Source: Nibricoccus sp.
Lineage (GTDB): Bacteria > Verrucomicrobiota > Verrucomicrobiia > Opitutales > Opitutaceae
Direction: 5' to 3'
Assembly (NCBI GenBank): GCA_047602425.1
Contig: JASGHG010000001.1
Span: forward strand, 160,001 to 224,000
DNA: 64,000 nucleotides
A program made the position numbers and the translations under genes. Each line of letters opens with the position of its first letter. The stretch's first letter is position 1. The notes below the pieces were generated by a model. The model did no database searches. It was not told the DNA's origin and saw only the letters and a list, made by a program, of their open reading frames with translations. Shown in pieces: positions 52,166-61,865 of the stretch.

Positions 52166-52426
52166 ATGAACCCTGGCCCGAAAAAGCTGCCAGCTTACCT
52201 GCGCCGACTGCTCCTCCCGGCAGTCTGGCGCAAGGCGGCGCCCATCGGGCTTTTCGTCGGCGTCATCCAGATTTGCGTCAACCAGGGCGATCACTGGCTT
52301 AAACACGAAATCACCGCCGCAGTTCTGCTAAAAACAATCCTGTGTCCTCTCATCAGCGTGGGAGTCGCCGTGGTTTCGGCCGCCGCCGCCCACCCTGCTG
52401 AAGAAAAATCACCTTCAAAATTATGA
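52166..52426 (+). CDS. nrtS: NrtS-family small nitrate/nitrite transporter
   Basis: Two hydrophobic helices around FVGVIQICVNQGD (compare the NrtS INQGD motif); overlaps the nrtB start. Confidence 0.7.
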   Translation: MNPGPKKLPAYLRRLLLPAVWRKAAPIGLFVGVIQICVNQGDHWLKHEITAAVLLKTILCPLISVGVAVVSAAAAHPAEEKSPSKL

Positions 52427-53403
52427 ATTCACTTAAACTCGACTGGCTCTTTCTGCCCCTGCTCGGGACGTTGCTCATTCTAGTTGCATGGCACGGTCTC
52501 GCCGGAAAAAAAGTCTACAAACTCGCCGGTACAATCGACGACATTCATGCAGCGATTTCCGGTCTGCCCGAGGGCGAAAAAACCTGGCCCGCGGTTCAGG
52601 CTGCGATTCAGAAAGGCGATATCGCTTCGATAAAAAAGCTCCCGAATGGTGCTCCGATTTGGGAGGCCATCTCCGGAAACTTTGAAGAGCGGCGCGTCGG
52701 TCTCATTCCCGATTTGCCGAACGTCATCGAAACCTGGCAGTCGAGCAAACCCTACATTGTCGATCCCTTCGCCAAACGCGGCGAAATGGATCAGGGCATT
52801 CTCCGCTTCACGTGGTATTCGCTCGTGTTGGTGGCAAAAGGTTATGCCATCGCCCTGATCGTCGGCGTGCCTCTCGGATTTTTTCTCGGGCTTTCCAAAA
52901 CCTTCACGAAAATGTTCGACCCGATCATCCAGGTTTTCCGTCCTGTCTCGCCGCTCGCCTGGCTGCCGCTCGGCTATGTGCTTTTCATGAGCACTGGCAA
53001 GGAAACGGGCACCTACGCCGCGCTCTTCACCATCGCGCTCTGCTCGATGTGGCCGACCGTGCTCAATACCGCCGTCGGCGTGCGCGCCGTGCCGCAGGAT
53101 TTTCTCAACGTCGGTCGCGTGCTGAAACTTTCGCGCACCAAGATGCTCTTCAAGATCCTCATTCCCGCCACGCTGCCCTACATGTTCACCGGTTTCCGCC
53201 TAAGTCTTGGCATTGCCTGGCTTGCCATTGTCGCCGCGGAAATGCTCACCGGCCGTCCCGGCGCGGGCGGATTTCTCTGGCAGGAATACAACGCCAACAT
53301 CTACGAGCACATTATCTTTTCGATCATCACCATTGGCGTCGTCGGCTTCATCCTCGATCGTCTGATGAGCGTGGTGGAAAAGAAATTCAAGTCAGCCCTG
53401 TGA
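52423..53403 (+). CDS. nrtB: nitrate ABC transporter permease
   Basis: DPIIQVFRPVSPLAWLP, WPTVLNTAVGV and TGFRLSLGIAWLAIVAAEML. Confidence 0.93.
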   Translation: MNSLKLDWLFLPLLGTLLILVAWHGLAGKKVYKLAGTIDDIHAAISGLPEGEKTWPAVQAAIQKGDIASIKKLPNGAPIWEAISGNFEERRVGLIPDLPNVIETWQSSKPYIVDPFAKRGEMDQGILRFTWYSLVLVAKGYAIALIVGVPLGFFLGLSKTFTKMFDPIIQVFRPVSPLAWLPLGYVLFMSTGKETGTYAALFTIALCSMWPTVLNTAVGVRAVPQDFLNVGRVLKLSRTKMLFKILIPATLPYMFTGFRLSLGIAWLAIVAAEMLTGRPGAGGFLWQEYNANIYEHIIFSIITIGVVGFILDRLMSVVEKKFKSAL

Positions 53404-53407
53404 CCAC

Positions 53408-54298
53408 ATGTCTTTTCTCGAACTAAAAAACATCTCCAAGTCGTTCGGCGGCGCGCGCGTCCTCGATAACGTCAATCTTTCCATCGAGGAAGGCGAGTTC
53501 GTCGCGATTGTCGGTTATTCCGGTTCGGGCAAAACCACGCTCGTCTCCCTCGTCGCCGGCCTTCTGCGGCCCGACACCGGCACCATCACGCTCGCTGGCA
53601 AACCCATCGATGGCCCGAGCCCGGAACGCGGCCTCGTTTTCCAGAACTATTCACTTCTACCCTGGCTCACGGTTCGGGAAAACATCGCCATCGCTGTCGA
53701 GTCCGTCTTTCCCGAAAAAACTGCCGACGAACGCCAGGCTCATGTCACCCGCTTCATCGAGATGGTCAAACTTGGCCATGCCGGGGATCGCCTGCCAAAG
53801 CAGCTTTCCGGCGGCATGCGTCAGCGTGTCGCCGTAGCACGCACGCTCGCCATCCAGCCGCGCATCTTGCTCCTCGACGAACCGCTCTCGGCCCTCGATG
53901 CACTCACTCGCGCCACCTTGCAGGACGAGATCACACAGATCCGTCGCACCGACAACACGACGATTTTGCTCATCACCAACTCTGTCGACGAAGCGCTCTT
54001 GCTCGCCGACCGGGTCATCGCCCTCACGCCCGGCCCCGGGGCAACCTTGGCCGAACCGTTTGTTGTCGACCTGCCGCGCCCACGTGATCGCAAAACTCTA
54101 AATCACGAGCCTGCCTACAAGGACCTCCGCGGCGCCATTACCGAGCAACTCCTTAGTTTCAACGCCGCCCGCAAAACCACGCTTACGAAAAAGCTCATTT
54201 TGCCCGACATCCTTCCCGAAGACCTCGACGCTCCCCGCGTCCACCGCCAGCCTCGCCGCCCGGGAGAAATCAAGGAAACGACCATCGCCTCCGTCTGA
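53408..54298 (+). CDS. nrtC: nitrate ABC transporter ATP-binding protein
   Basis: GYSGSGKT, VFQNYSLLPWLT, LSGGMRQR and LLLDEPLSALDALTR. Confidence 0.88.
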   Translation: MSFLELKNISKSFGGARVLDNVNLSIEEGEFVAIVGYSGSGKTTLVSLVAGLLRPDTGTITLAGKPIDGPSPERGLVFQNYSLLPWLTVRENIAIAVESVFPEKTADERQAHVTRFIEMVKLGHAGDRLPKQLSGGMRQRVAVARTLAIQPRILLLDEPLSALDALTRATLQDEITQIRRTDNTTILLITNSVDEALLLADRVIALTPGPGATLAEPFVVDLPRPRDRKTLNHEPAYKDLRGAITEQLLSFNAARKTTLTKKLILPDILPEDLDAPRVHRQPRRPGEIKETTIASV

Positions 54299-54328
54299 CG
54301 CAACTACCAACAACCGCCAACTTCCACT

Positions 54329-55234
54329 ATGCGCCCGTTTCTCGAAATCTCCGCTCTCAACAAAGCCTTTCCCACGCCCAAGGGACCGCTCACAGTAGTG
54401 GAAAATTTCAACCTCCACGTGAACAAGGGCGAGTTCATCGCCTTGATCGGACATTCCGGTTGCGGCAAATCCACCGTGCTTTCGATGGTTGCCGGCCTCG
54501 CTGACGCGACCGAGGGAGGCATCATTCTTTCAAGCAAGGAAGTGACTGGCGCCGGACCCGATCGCGGCGTGGTTTTTCAGGCTCCGTGCCTGCTGCCATG
54601 GTATACAGCTTTTGAAAACGTCATGCTGGGCGTCGATCAGGTTTACTACACCGCCAGCCGCCTCGAACGCAGGCAGATCGCGGAATATTACCTCACAGTC
54701 GTCGGCCTCGGCGACGCGATGCACAAACGCCCCGCCGAGCTTTCGCAGGGTATGCGCCAGCGCTGCGGCATCGCCCGCGCCTTTGCGCTCCACCCAAAGA
54801 TGCTGCTCCTTGACGAACCATTCGGTATGCTCGATGCCTTAACCAAGATGGAATTACAGGACGTCCTTCTCGACCTTTGGCAGCGAGATCAGAAAACCGC
54901 GCTGATGGTCACACATGACGTTGACGAAGCCCTCTACCTGGCCGACCGCGTCGTCTGCATGACCGATGGCCCCAATGCCACCGTCGGCGAAATTCTTGAG
55001 GTGAAATTTCCCCGTCCGCGCTCCCGCAAGCAGCTCCTTGAGGATCCCGAGTACTATCGGCTTCGCGAACAGCTCATCGGTTTTCTCAACGAACGCTCTC
55101 ACCACCGGCCGGCTCAGCCTGCAACTCCGCCAGCCACACCACCGCCTACCAACAAAACCGGCTTCGTCAGCCGTCGCACGCGGGTCCTCGAAACCGCGTT
55201 CACCCGCTTTATTCTTCAACCGTTCAAAACCTGA
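54329..55234 (+). CDS. nrtD: nitrate ABC transporter ATP-binding protein
   Basis: [34 protein letters not shown] and MTDGP. Confidence 0.88.
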   Translation: MRPFLEISALNKAFPTPKGPLTVVENFNLHVNKGEFIALIGHSGCGKSTVLSMVAGLADATEGGIILSSKEVTGAGPDRGVVFQAPCLLPWYTAFENVMLGVDQVYYTASRLERRQIAEYYLTVVGLGDAMHKRPAELSQGMRQRCGIARAFALHPKMLLLDEPFGMLDALTKMELQDVLLDLWQRDQKTALMVTHDVDEALYLADRVVCMTDGPNATVGEILEVKFPRPRSRKQLLEDPEYYRLREQLIGFLNERSHHRPAQPATPPATPPPTNKTGFVSRRTRVLETAFTRFILQPFKT

Positions 55235-55294
55235 TCCTAGCGGCAAAATTAGCCGCACCTTGATTTGAATCATGTTTTTCGTTTCGGGCGCTTC

Positions 55295-55309
55295 ATGAAA
55301 GCGCCTCAT
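55295..55309. promoter_or_regulatory. fourth ATGA-N7-TCAT box, upstream of the porin
   Basis: ATGAAAGCGCCTCAT; no sigma54 element found at the 64-bp distance in either orientation. Confidence 0.5.
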
Positions 55310-55356
55310 GGGTTCACCATGTCCGCACGCCTGCACTTCATACCAAACCAAACGCC

Positions 55357-56877
55357 ATGACATCACCGCACCGCCTCCTCGCATTCACCGTCGCGCTCTT
55401 AACCGCGCTTCCCGCCCTCAAGGCTCAGTATGCCCCTCCCCCGCCGCCGCGCCCATTTCCCGGCTTCGTCAACGAGGCCCTCCGCGCCAAGGATCCCTAC
55501 ATGGCCGCATGGGATTTCGGCGTGAATGTGCGTGCTCGTGAAGAGGTGAAGGAAAACGCCGGTTTTACCGACGTCGGCTCTAACTGGGATTTCTCCACCC
55601 GCCCACAGGATGACAACAATAACTCCTATCTGCTCACGCGCGTGATGCCCCGCATTGGCTATACCGGCAAATGGATCGCCGCCACCATCGAGGACCGCTC
55701 CAGTTATTCGTTCGACGACGAGCGTTACGTTCCCACCGCCGCCGGCCAGGGTCTCGCCGAGCGCGACGGCTCGATGGATTTGCATCAGGCGTTCGTTTTC
55801 ATCGGAAATCACAAGGTCTTTCCGGTCTCGCTCAAAGTCGGTCGTCAGGAACTCGTCTACGGCGACCAGCGCCTCGTCGGCCATTTCCGCTGGAACAACA
55901 ACGCCCGCACCTTCGACGCCATCAAACTCCGTTGGCAGAATAAATTCTTCGGCGTCGATATTTTCAGCGGCGGTCTGGTCTACAACAACCACCACAACCT
56001 CAACAAATCCAACTCGCAGGACCGTTTCTCCGGCGCCTACTTCAACTTTCCCACGCTTTCGACCAAGGATATCGTCGAAGCCTACTTCTACGCCCGCAAC
56101 GTGAGCCGCGGTATCGTCACCGACGATTGGTCCGGCGTCCCCGCACCTTTCCGTTTCCCCGCGCCGCAGGATCTCTACACCACAGGCCTTCGCTGGAAAT
56201 CCAAGCCGGGCTCTTATGGCGCATGGGACTACGGCGCGGAGTTAATGTACCAGTTCGGCAACCGCGCCGCGGTCTTCCCGGCGACCACGGTCGCCGCCGC
56301 CCGCACGGCTCCGCGCCTCGACCACACTGCCTACGCCGCCGTTCTGCAGGGTGGCTACACCTGGTCGGACAATAAAATGCAGCCGCGTTTGGGCGTATTG
56401 TACAGTTATGGATCAGGCGACAAGGACTCCACCGACACCAAGAGCGGCACGTTCCAGAATCTTTTCCCGACCAATCATCTCTTCTACGGCTACATGGATC
56501 TTTCCAGCCTGCAGAATATGCACGACCTCCGTTTTGCCTACACGTTCAAACCCATGCTCACTCTCAGCGTCGCCCTTGAAGGTCACCTCCAGTACCTCGC
56601 GGCCAATACCGATTATTGGTACAATGTCGCCGGCGTTCCGCGCAACGTGGCGGCTGGTGCCAACGGCAGCGGCAACGGCTACACGATCAATCCGAGTTAC
56701 AGCAAAAAACTCGGTCAGGAGATCGACCTCGTGGTCGGCTGGTCATTTTTGCCCTGCGCACAGGTCGAAATTGGCCTCAGCCGGTATTTCCGCGGCGAAT
56801 ACATCAAGCAGTCGCTGCGTTCAACTGGTTCAAAAGATGCCAGCTACGCGTACGTGCAGCTGACCGTAAATCTTTAA
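55357..56877 (+). CDS. alginate export (AlgE-like) family outer membrane porin
   Basis: Signal peptide; LHQAF, VGRQELVYGDQRLVG, RTFDA, TFQNLFPTNH and LGQEID; terminal strand YVQLTVNL. Confidence 0.85.
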   Translation: MTSPHRLLAFTVALLTALPALKAQYAPPPPPRPFPGFVNEALRAKDPYMAAWDFGVNVRAREEVKENAGFTDVGSNWDFSTRPQDDNNNSYLLTRVMPRIGYTGKWIAATIEDRSSYSFDDERYVPTAAGQGLAERDGSMDLHQAFVFIGNHKVFPVSLKVGRQELVYGDQRLVGHFRWNNNARTFDAIKLRWQNKFFGVDIFSGGLVYNNHHNLNKSNSQDRFSGAYFNFPTLSTKDIVEAYFYARNVSRGIVTDDWSGVPAPFRFPAPQDLYTTGLRWKSKPGSYGAWDYGAELMYQFGNRAAVFPATTVAAARTAPRLDHTAYAAVLQGGYTWSDNKMQPRLGVLYSYGSGDKDSTDTKSGTFQNLFPTNHLFYGYMDLSSLQNMHDLRFAYTFKPMLTLSVALEGHLQYLAANTDYWYNVAGVPRNVAAGANGSGNGYTINPSYSKKLGQEIDLVVGWSFLPCAQVEIGLSRYFRGEYIKQSLRSTGSKDASYAYVQLTVNL

Positions 56878-56898
56878 GAGCGTTCGTTCATGGTCATG

Positions 56899-56932
56899 GC
56901 CGGTCGTCCTTTCGCGGGGCGACCGGCTTTTT
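56899..56932 (+). terminator. intrinsic terminator after the porin
   Basis: GCCGGTCGTCCT-TTCGC-GGGGCGACCGGC-TTTTT. Confidence 0.85.
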
Positions 56933-56933
56933 C

Positions 56934-57012
56934 ATGAGCTGTTCTCATCGTTCGACTTAAAACTATTCAGTCTATTTTTCATCGAAGTCGGCCAGTTGGT
57001 ATGTCCGTTGCT
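56934..57012 (+). promoter_or_regulatory. LysR-type box plus sigma54 promoter 2
   Basis: ATGAGCTGTTCTCAT (56934-56948) and TGGTATGTCCGTTGCT (GG at 56998, GC at 57010). Confidence 0.75.
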
Positions 57013-57031
57013 AATTATCCTGATCAATACG

Positions 57032-58237
57032 ATGAATATTGCTCAGCTAAAAAAATCCGGCCACTGGCCAACCCTCGCGACTTCTTTCCTCTATTTCGAT
57101 GTTAGCTTTATGGTGTGGACGCTGCTGGGCGCGCTTGGCGCACTCATCGCGCCCGCCCTCAAGCTCAACGCCGATCAGAAATTTCTCATGGTCGCCACGC
57201 CAATTCTGGCCGGCGCGTTTTTGCGCATCGCACTGAGCATGCTGGTCGATCGTATTGGGACAAAAACCACCGGCATCATCGCGCAGTTGATCGTCATGGC
57301 CGGTCTCGCTGTCGCCTGGCAGCTCGGCGTACACACGCTCAACCAGGCTTTACTGCTCGGCGTCGTTCTCGGTGTGGCCGGAGCCAGCTTCGCCGTCGCG
57401 CTTCCCCAGTCCGGCCGCTGGTATCCGCCGCACATGCAGGGCGTCGTGCTCGGGCTGGCCGGCGCGGGCAACATCGGCGTTGTGATCGACCATCTTGCCG
57501 CTCCGCGTATCGCGGCGGTTTGGGGATGGCAGGCGGTTTTTGGCGCGGCACTTATTCCGCTCGCCCTGGCGTTCGTGCTCTACGTGATTTTCTCCAAGGA
57601 ACCTCCCGGCGAATACAAAAAGAAAAAGCTCTCCGACTATGGGAAACTCCTGCGCGAAAAAGATGCCCATTGGTTCTGCTTTTTCTACACCATCAGCTTC
57701 GGCGGCTTCGTCGGTCTCGCCACCGCGTTCGCGATCTATTTCAGCGATCAGTTTCACCTCAAGCCGGTCCACGCCGGTGAGATGGCGGCGTTTTGCACGC
57801 TCATCGGGGCCATCGGCCGACCCATGGGCGGCGCACTCGCCGACAAGCTCGGTGGCATCCGCTCGCTCGGCGTCTTCTACAGCGTTGCGGCCGTGGCGAT
57901 GGCTCTCGCGGCCCTCGCCGACAATCTGTGGATCTGCGGAGCAGGTTTCTTCATCGCTTCCGGCGCGTTTGGCATGTGCAACGGTTCGGTTTTTCAGCTC
58001 CTTCCGCAGCGTTTTGCAAAAGACATCTCCGTCATGACCGGCCTCGTCGGTTGCGGCGGCGGAATTGGCGGTTTTCTCCTTGGTCGGCTGTTCGGCGTTT
58101 CCAAGGAATATTTTGGCGGCTACACCCCCGGCATTCTCTTCTTCGCCGGGCTCTGCCTGTTGGCGCTCACCGGCCTCGGCGCCGTCAAACGTCGCTGGCG
58201 CACGACCTGGGGTGCCACGGCCGCTGCTAAAATTTGA
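57032..58237 (+). CDS. narK: NarK/NasA-family MFS nitrate/nitrite transporter
   Basis: GHWPTL, FLYFDVSFMVW, LGVAGASFAVALP, WYPP, GAGNIG, FGGFVG and GMCNGSVFQLLPQRF. Confidence 0.92.
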   Translation: MNIAQLKKSGHWPTLATSFLYFDVSFMVWTLLGALGALIAPALKLNADQKFLMVATPILAGAFLRIALSMLVDRIGTKTTGIIAQLIVMAGLAVAWQLGVHTLNQALLLGVVLGVAGASFAVALPQSGRWYPPHMQGVVLGLAGAGNIGVVIDHLAAPRIAAVWGWQAVFGAALIPLALAFVLYVIFSKEPPGEYKKKKLSDYGKLLREKDAHWFCFFYTISFGGFVGLATAFAIYFSDQFHLKPVHAGEMAAFCTLIGAIGRPMGGALADKLGGIRSLGVFYSVAAVAMALAALADNLWICGAGFFIASGAFGMCNGSVFQLLPQRFAKDISVMTGLVGCGGGIGGFLLGRLFGVSKEYFGGYTPGILFFAGLCLLALTGLGAVKRRWRTTWGATAAAKI

Positions 58238-58293
58238 CCATTCGCATCGCCGAGCTCGCTTCCTCGGCTCGGTTCGGCCAGCGTGCGACTTCC

Positions 58294-59943
58294 ATGAAGC
58301 TCCAGGTCACTTCCCACGGCCTGCCGCGCAACCCCAAGGCTGTCTCCGACGACGCCACCTGCGTGCGGCAGCGCAGCAACCTCGCTGTCGCGGCTCTGGC
58401 CGATGGCATCGGTTCCAGCGAACAGGGTGGCGAGGCCGCCCGTCGTGCGGTGGCGATGCTAACCGATTACTATCTGGCAAAACCTCAGACTTGGGGACCG
58501 CATCGCGCCCTTTCTGAATTTGTCTCACAGATCAACCGCGTGTTTCATCAGGAATCGCAAGCCCGCCATGGCTCTCCCGAGTTGGTCTGCACACTCAGCG
58601 CGGTCGCACTCGCAGGAAACTGGTTGCACGGTTTCAACGTCGGCGATTCGCCGGTTTACCTCTGGCGAAAAGATCGTCTCATCACCCTGTCGCAGAGCCA
58701 CGCGCTTGCTCACACCGGCATGGAGCATGTTCTCGCCCGCGCCGTCGGACTCGAAGCCGCGGTCCAGCCGCATTTTTTCGAAACCACGATCGATGCCGGC
58801 GACGTCATTTTGCTTTGCTCCGACGGCGTCAGCAACGTGCTTCCACCCGAAACACTCGCCACGCTCCTGTCCCGCCGCACCAGCGCCCGCAGCATCGTTC
58901 TGGCCGCGCGTGACGCGACCGAAAAAAAAGAGGAAGCCCCCGATGACGCTTCGGCCATCGTGATCGATGTGGTTTCTCACAGTTGGAGCGCCACGACCGA
59001 CAATCGCGCTCTGGAAATCATTCCTCCGCCCAAGGCCGGTGATGCCATCGACGAATACCGCCTTCTTCGCCCGCTCCAGGAAGGCGCTCCGGTTTGGCTC
59101 GCCGAAAAATCCGATGGCACCCGCTTTGTATTGAAATTTCCACCACAGGAAGCCCGCGATGACGAACTTCGCCGCGAGGGCTTTGTGCGCGAAATGTGGC
59201 AGGCCACGCGCATCGATTCGCCTGATTTTGTCCGCGCTTTCGTTCCCGAGGCTGGAACATTGCGCTATTATGTCATGGAGTTCGTCGACGCTCCGACGCT
59301 TCGCGAATCGCTCCGCATCGCGCCTTTCACCGTGGAAGACACGGTCGCGCTCGGTCATTTTCTCCTCCGCGCCGCGCAATTTCTCCTCAGCAGTGACCAC
59401 GCACACGGCGACATCAAACCCGACAATATTCTCGTGCTTCGGTCAGGCAAAGGCACCCGATTTCAATTGCTCGATCTCGGAAGCGCCGCTGAAGTTTTTT
59501 CCGTTACGTCGCGCGCCGGCACGCCGAGTTATCTTGCCCCCGAACGCTTCGGCGGCGCCGCGCTTTCCGAACTCACCGAAATCTACGCCATCGGCGTCAC
59601 GCTCTACGAAACGCTAACCCGCGCCTATCCATTTGGCGAAATCGAACGTTTCCAAACGCCACGCTTCGACTCCACACCGAAGCGTCCCACGAAACTAAAT
59701 CCGGCCATTCCCACGTGGTTGGAATCGATCATTCTTCGCGCGATTTCGCCTGAAATCGAAAGCCGCTACCAAAGTTTTTCCGAAATGGCCTATGAGCTTT
59801 CGCATCCGGAAAAAGTCACGCCTTTCTATCGCAAAAATGCGCCGCTGATTGAGCGCAACCCTCTGTTATTCTATAAGCTCTTAAGCCTTGGCTTCTTTCT
59901 GAGCACACTGGCACTACTCTATCTCCTTTTGATGCGAAAGTAG
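58294..59943 (+). CDS. bifunctional PP2C phosphatase / Ser-Thr kinase with C-terminal TM
   Basis: ALADGIG, NVGDS and LCSDGV (PP2C); VLKFP, HGDIKPDN, DLG and GTPSYLAPE (Hanks kinase). An alternative TTG start lies at 58234. Confidence 0.9.
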   Translation: MKLQVTSHGLPRNPKAVSDDATCVRQRSNLAVAALADGIGSSEQGGEAARRAVAMLTDYYLAKPQTWGPHRALSEFVSQINRVFHQESQARHGSPELVCTLSAVALAGNWLHGFNVGDSPVYLWRKDRLITLSQSHALAHTGMEHVLARAVGLEAAVQPHFFETTIDAGDVILLCSDGVSNVLPPETLATLLSRRTSARSIVLAARDATEKKEEAPDDASAIVIDVVSHSWSATTDNRALEIIPPPKAGDAIDEYRLLRPLQEGAPVWLAEKSDGTRFVLKFPPQEARDDELRREGFVREMWQATRIDSPDFVRAFVPEAGTLRYYVMEFVDAPTLRESLRIAPFTVEDTVALGHFLLRAAQFLLSSDHAHGDIKPDNILVLRSGKGTRFQLLDLGSAAEVFSVTSRAGTPSYLAPERFGGAALSELTEIYAIGVTLYETLTRAYPFGEIERFQTPRFDSTPKRPTKLNPAIPTWLESIILRAISPEIESRYQSFSEMAYELSHPEKVTPFYRKNAPLIERNPLLFYKLLSLGFFLSTLALLYLLLMRK

Positions 59944-60022
59944 ATGAGCGTTATTCATCGTTCATCTTAAATTAATTCAGGTTTTTTCTCGTCCACCTTC
60001 CGCCGGTGGCATCGCGATTGCT
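59944..60022 (+). promoter_or_regulatory. LysR-type box plus sigma54 promoter 3
   Basis: ATGAGCGTTATTCAT (59944-59958) and TGGCATCGCGATTGCT (GG at 60008, GC at 60020). Confidence 0.78.
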
Positions 60023-60033
60023 AAAACAGTGGC

Positions 60034-61860
60034 GTGCCAAACGTCACTGAACTCATTTCCGCCGCAACGCCTTCCGCGCCTTTCACGCCCGCGCAGAAAG
60101 AATACCTGCAGGGCTTTATGGCCGGCGCCATGGCTTCCGGTGCCTTTCCTTTTGTCGGTAACAACGCTTCCGGTCAGCTGACCGCAAGCCCCGAGACATC
60201 CGCCACCGGCAACCTCGCCGCGCCCGCTGAAACCAGCGTCTACGGCACGCCGCTCGAAGACCTCTGCAAGGAGGAGCGTTGGAAGTACGAGGAAAATCCT
60301 CTCGATTCCTGGGAGCGTCTGCTCACACACGCGCAGGAAGACAAGACCCCCGATCCCGAGCACAACTACCGCTTCCGCACCTTCGGTCTTTTCTGGGTCG
60401 CACCCGCGCAGGATGGCTTCATGGTCCGCCTCCGCATTCCCGCCGGCGAACTCTCTGCCCACCAGTTGCGCGGCCTCGCTTCTATCGCCGACGACCTCGG
60501 CGGCGGCTACTCGCATATCACCACGCGCGCCAACCTCCAGATGCGCGAATTCAAGCCCCGGGCAATCGTCGAAATGCTCACGCGCGTACAGGACCTCGGC
60601 CTCACCGCCCGCGGTTCCGGCGCCGACAACATCCGCAACATCACTGCCTCGCCCGATTCCGGTTTTGCCCCTAACGAGTTGATCGACGTCCGCCCGCACG
60701 CCCGCGCCCTCCACCATTACATCATCAACAACCGCGACCTCTACGGCCTGCCGCGCAAATTCAACGTCGCTTTCGACAATGGCTCCCTCCTCTCCGCCGC
60801 AGCCGACACCAACGACATTGGCTTCTTCGCTGTCCGCGTGACAGCAAAGTCCCTCTCCGCCGCTTCAACTTCCAACTTAAAGTTTCCACTAGCTGAACCC
60901 GGAATTTATTTCCGGGTTCACCTCGGCGGCATCACCGGCCACTGCGATTTCGCCCGCGACACCGGCCTGCTCGTCAAACCTTCCGAGGCCGTCGCCGTCG
61001 CCGCCGCCATGATCCGCGTCTTCCGCGACCACGGCAACCGAACCGATCGCAAGAAGGCACGTCTCAAATACCTCCTCGAAGAATGGGGTTTCGAAAAGTT
61101 TATCGAGGAAACCGGCAAACGCCTCGCTTTCCCGCTGGTTCGCCTTCCGCTTGAGGCCTGCGAAGCTCGGCCCCCGGTCGAAAAACACGGCTGGCTCGGC
61201 GCGCGCCGCCAGGCCCAGCCGGGCATGTACTCCGTCGGCATCGGCGTTCCGGTCGGCAAACTCTCGACGAAACAGATGCGCGCCATCGCCGAACTCGCCG
61301 AGCGTTACGGTACCGGCGAAATCCGTCTCACTGTGTGGCAGAGTCTCATCATTCCGCATATTGCCCAGTCCGCCGTCGATGCCGTTTGCCGCGCTGCAAA
61401 AAAAATGGGCTGTTACACCGAGGCCTCGCTTGCCTCCGGCGGCATCATTGCCTGCACGGGCAGTGCCGGTTGCAAATATGGCCAGGCCGACACCAAAGCT
61501 AGCGCCGTCGCCTTAATCAAACATCTCACCGACAAATTTCCCGAACTCGACAACGCGCTCAACATTCACTTCACCGGCTGCCCCAACTCCTGCGCCCAGC
61601 ACTACTGCGGCGACATCGGTTTCATCGGCAATAAACTCGCCGACGGCTCGCCCGGCTATTGCGTCATCCTCGGCGGCGGCATGGATCAGGAACAGGGCAT
61701 CGGCCGCGAAATTTTCCGCGGGTTGACTGTTAGCGAAATCACTCCGCTGGTCGACCGCATCATATCCGGCTACCTCGCCCGCCGCGAGCGTGCCGAAACC
61801 TTTGTCCAGTGGACTCGTCGCCACTCCGTCAAAGAACTCCAGGAATTCTTCTCCTCCTGA
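60034..61860 (+). CDS. nirA: siroheme/4Fe-4S assimilatory nitrite reductase hemoprotein
   Basis: FMVRLRIP, TTRANLQ, ADNIRN, LPRKFN, ACTGSAGC and TGCPNSC. Confidence 0.92.
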   Translation: MPNVTELISAATPSAPFTPAQKEYLQGFMAGAMASGAFPFVGNNASGQLTASPETSATGNLAAPAETSVYGTPLEDLCKEERWKYEENPLDSWERLLTHAQEDKTPDPEHNYRFRTFGLFWVAPAQDGFMVRLRIPAGELSAHQLRGLASIADDLGGGYSHITTRANLQMREFKPRAIVEMLTRVQDLGLTARGSGADNIRNITASPDSGFAPNELIDVRPHARALHHYIINNRDLYGLPRKFNVAFDNGSLLSAAADTNDIGFFAVRVTAKSLSAASTSNLKFPLAEPGIYFRVHLGGITGHCDFARDTGLLVKPSEAVAVAAAMIRVFRDHGNRTDRKKARLKYLLEEWGFEKFIEETGKRLAFPLVRLPLEACEARPPVEKHGWLGARRQAQPGMYSVGIGVPVGKLSTKQMRAIAELAERYGTGEIRLTVWQSLIIPHIAQSAVDAVCRAAKKMGCYTEASLASGGIIACTGSAGCKYGQADTKASAVALIKHLTDKFPELDNALNIHFTGCPNSCAQHYCGDIGFIGNKLADGSPGYCVILGGGMDQEQGIGREIFRGLTVSEITPLVDRIISGYLARRERAETFVQWTRRHSVKELQEFFSS

Positions 61861-61865
61861 CGCAC

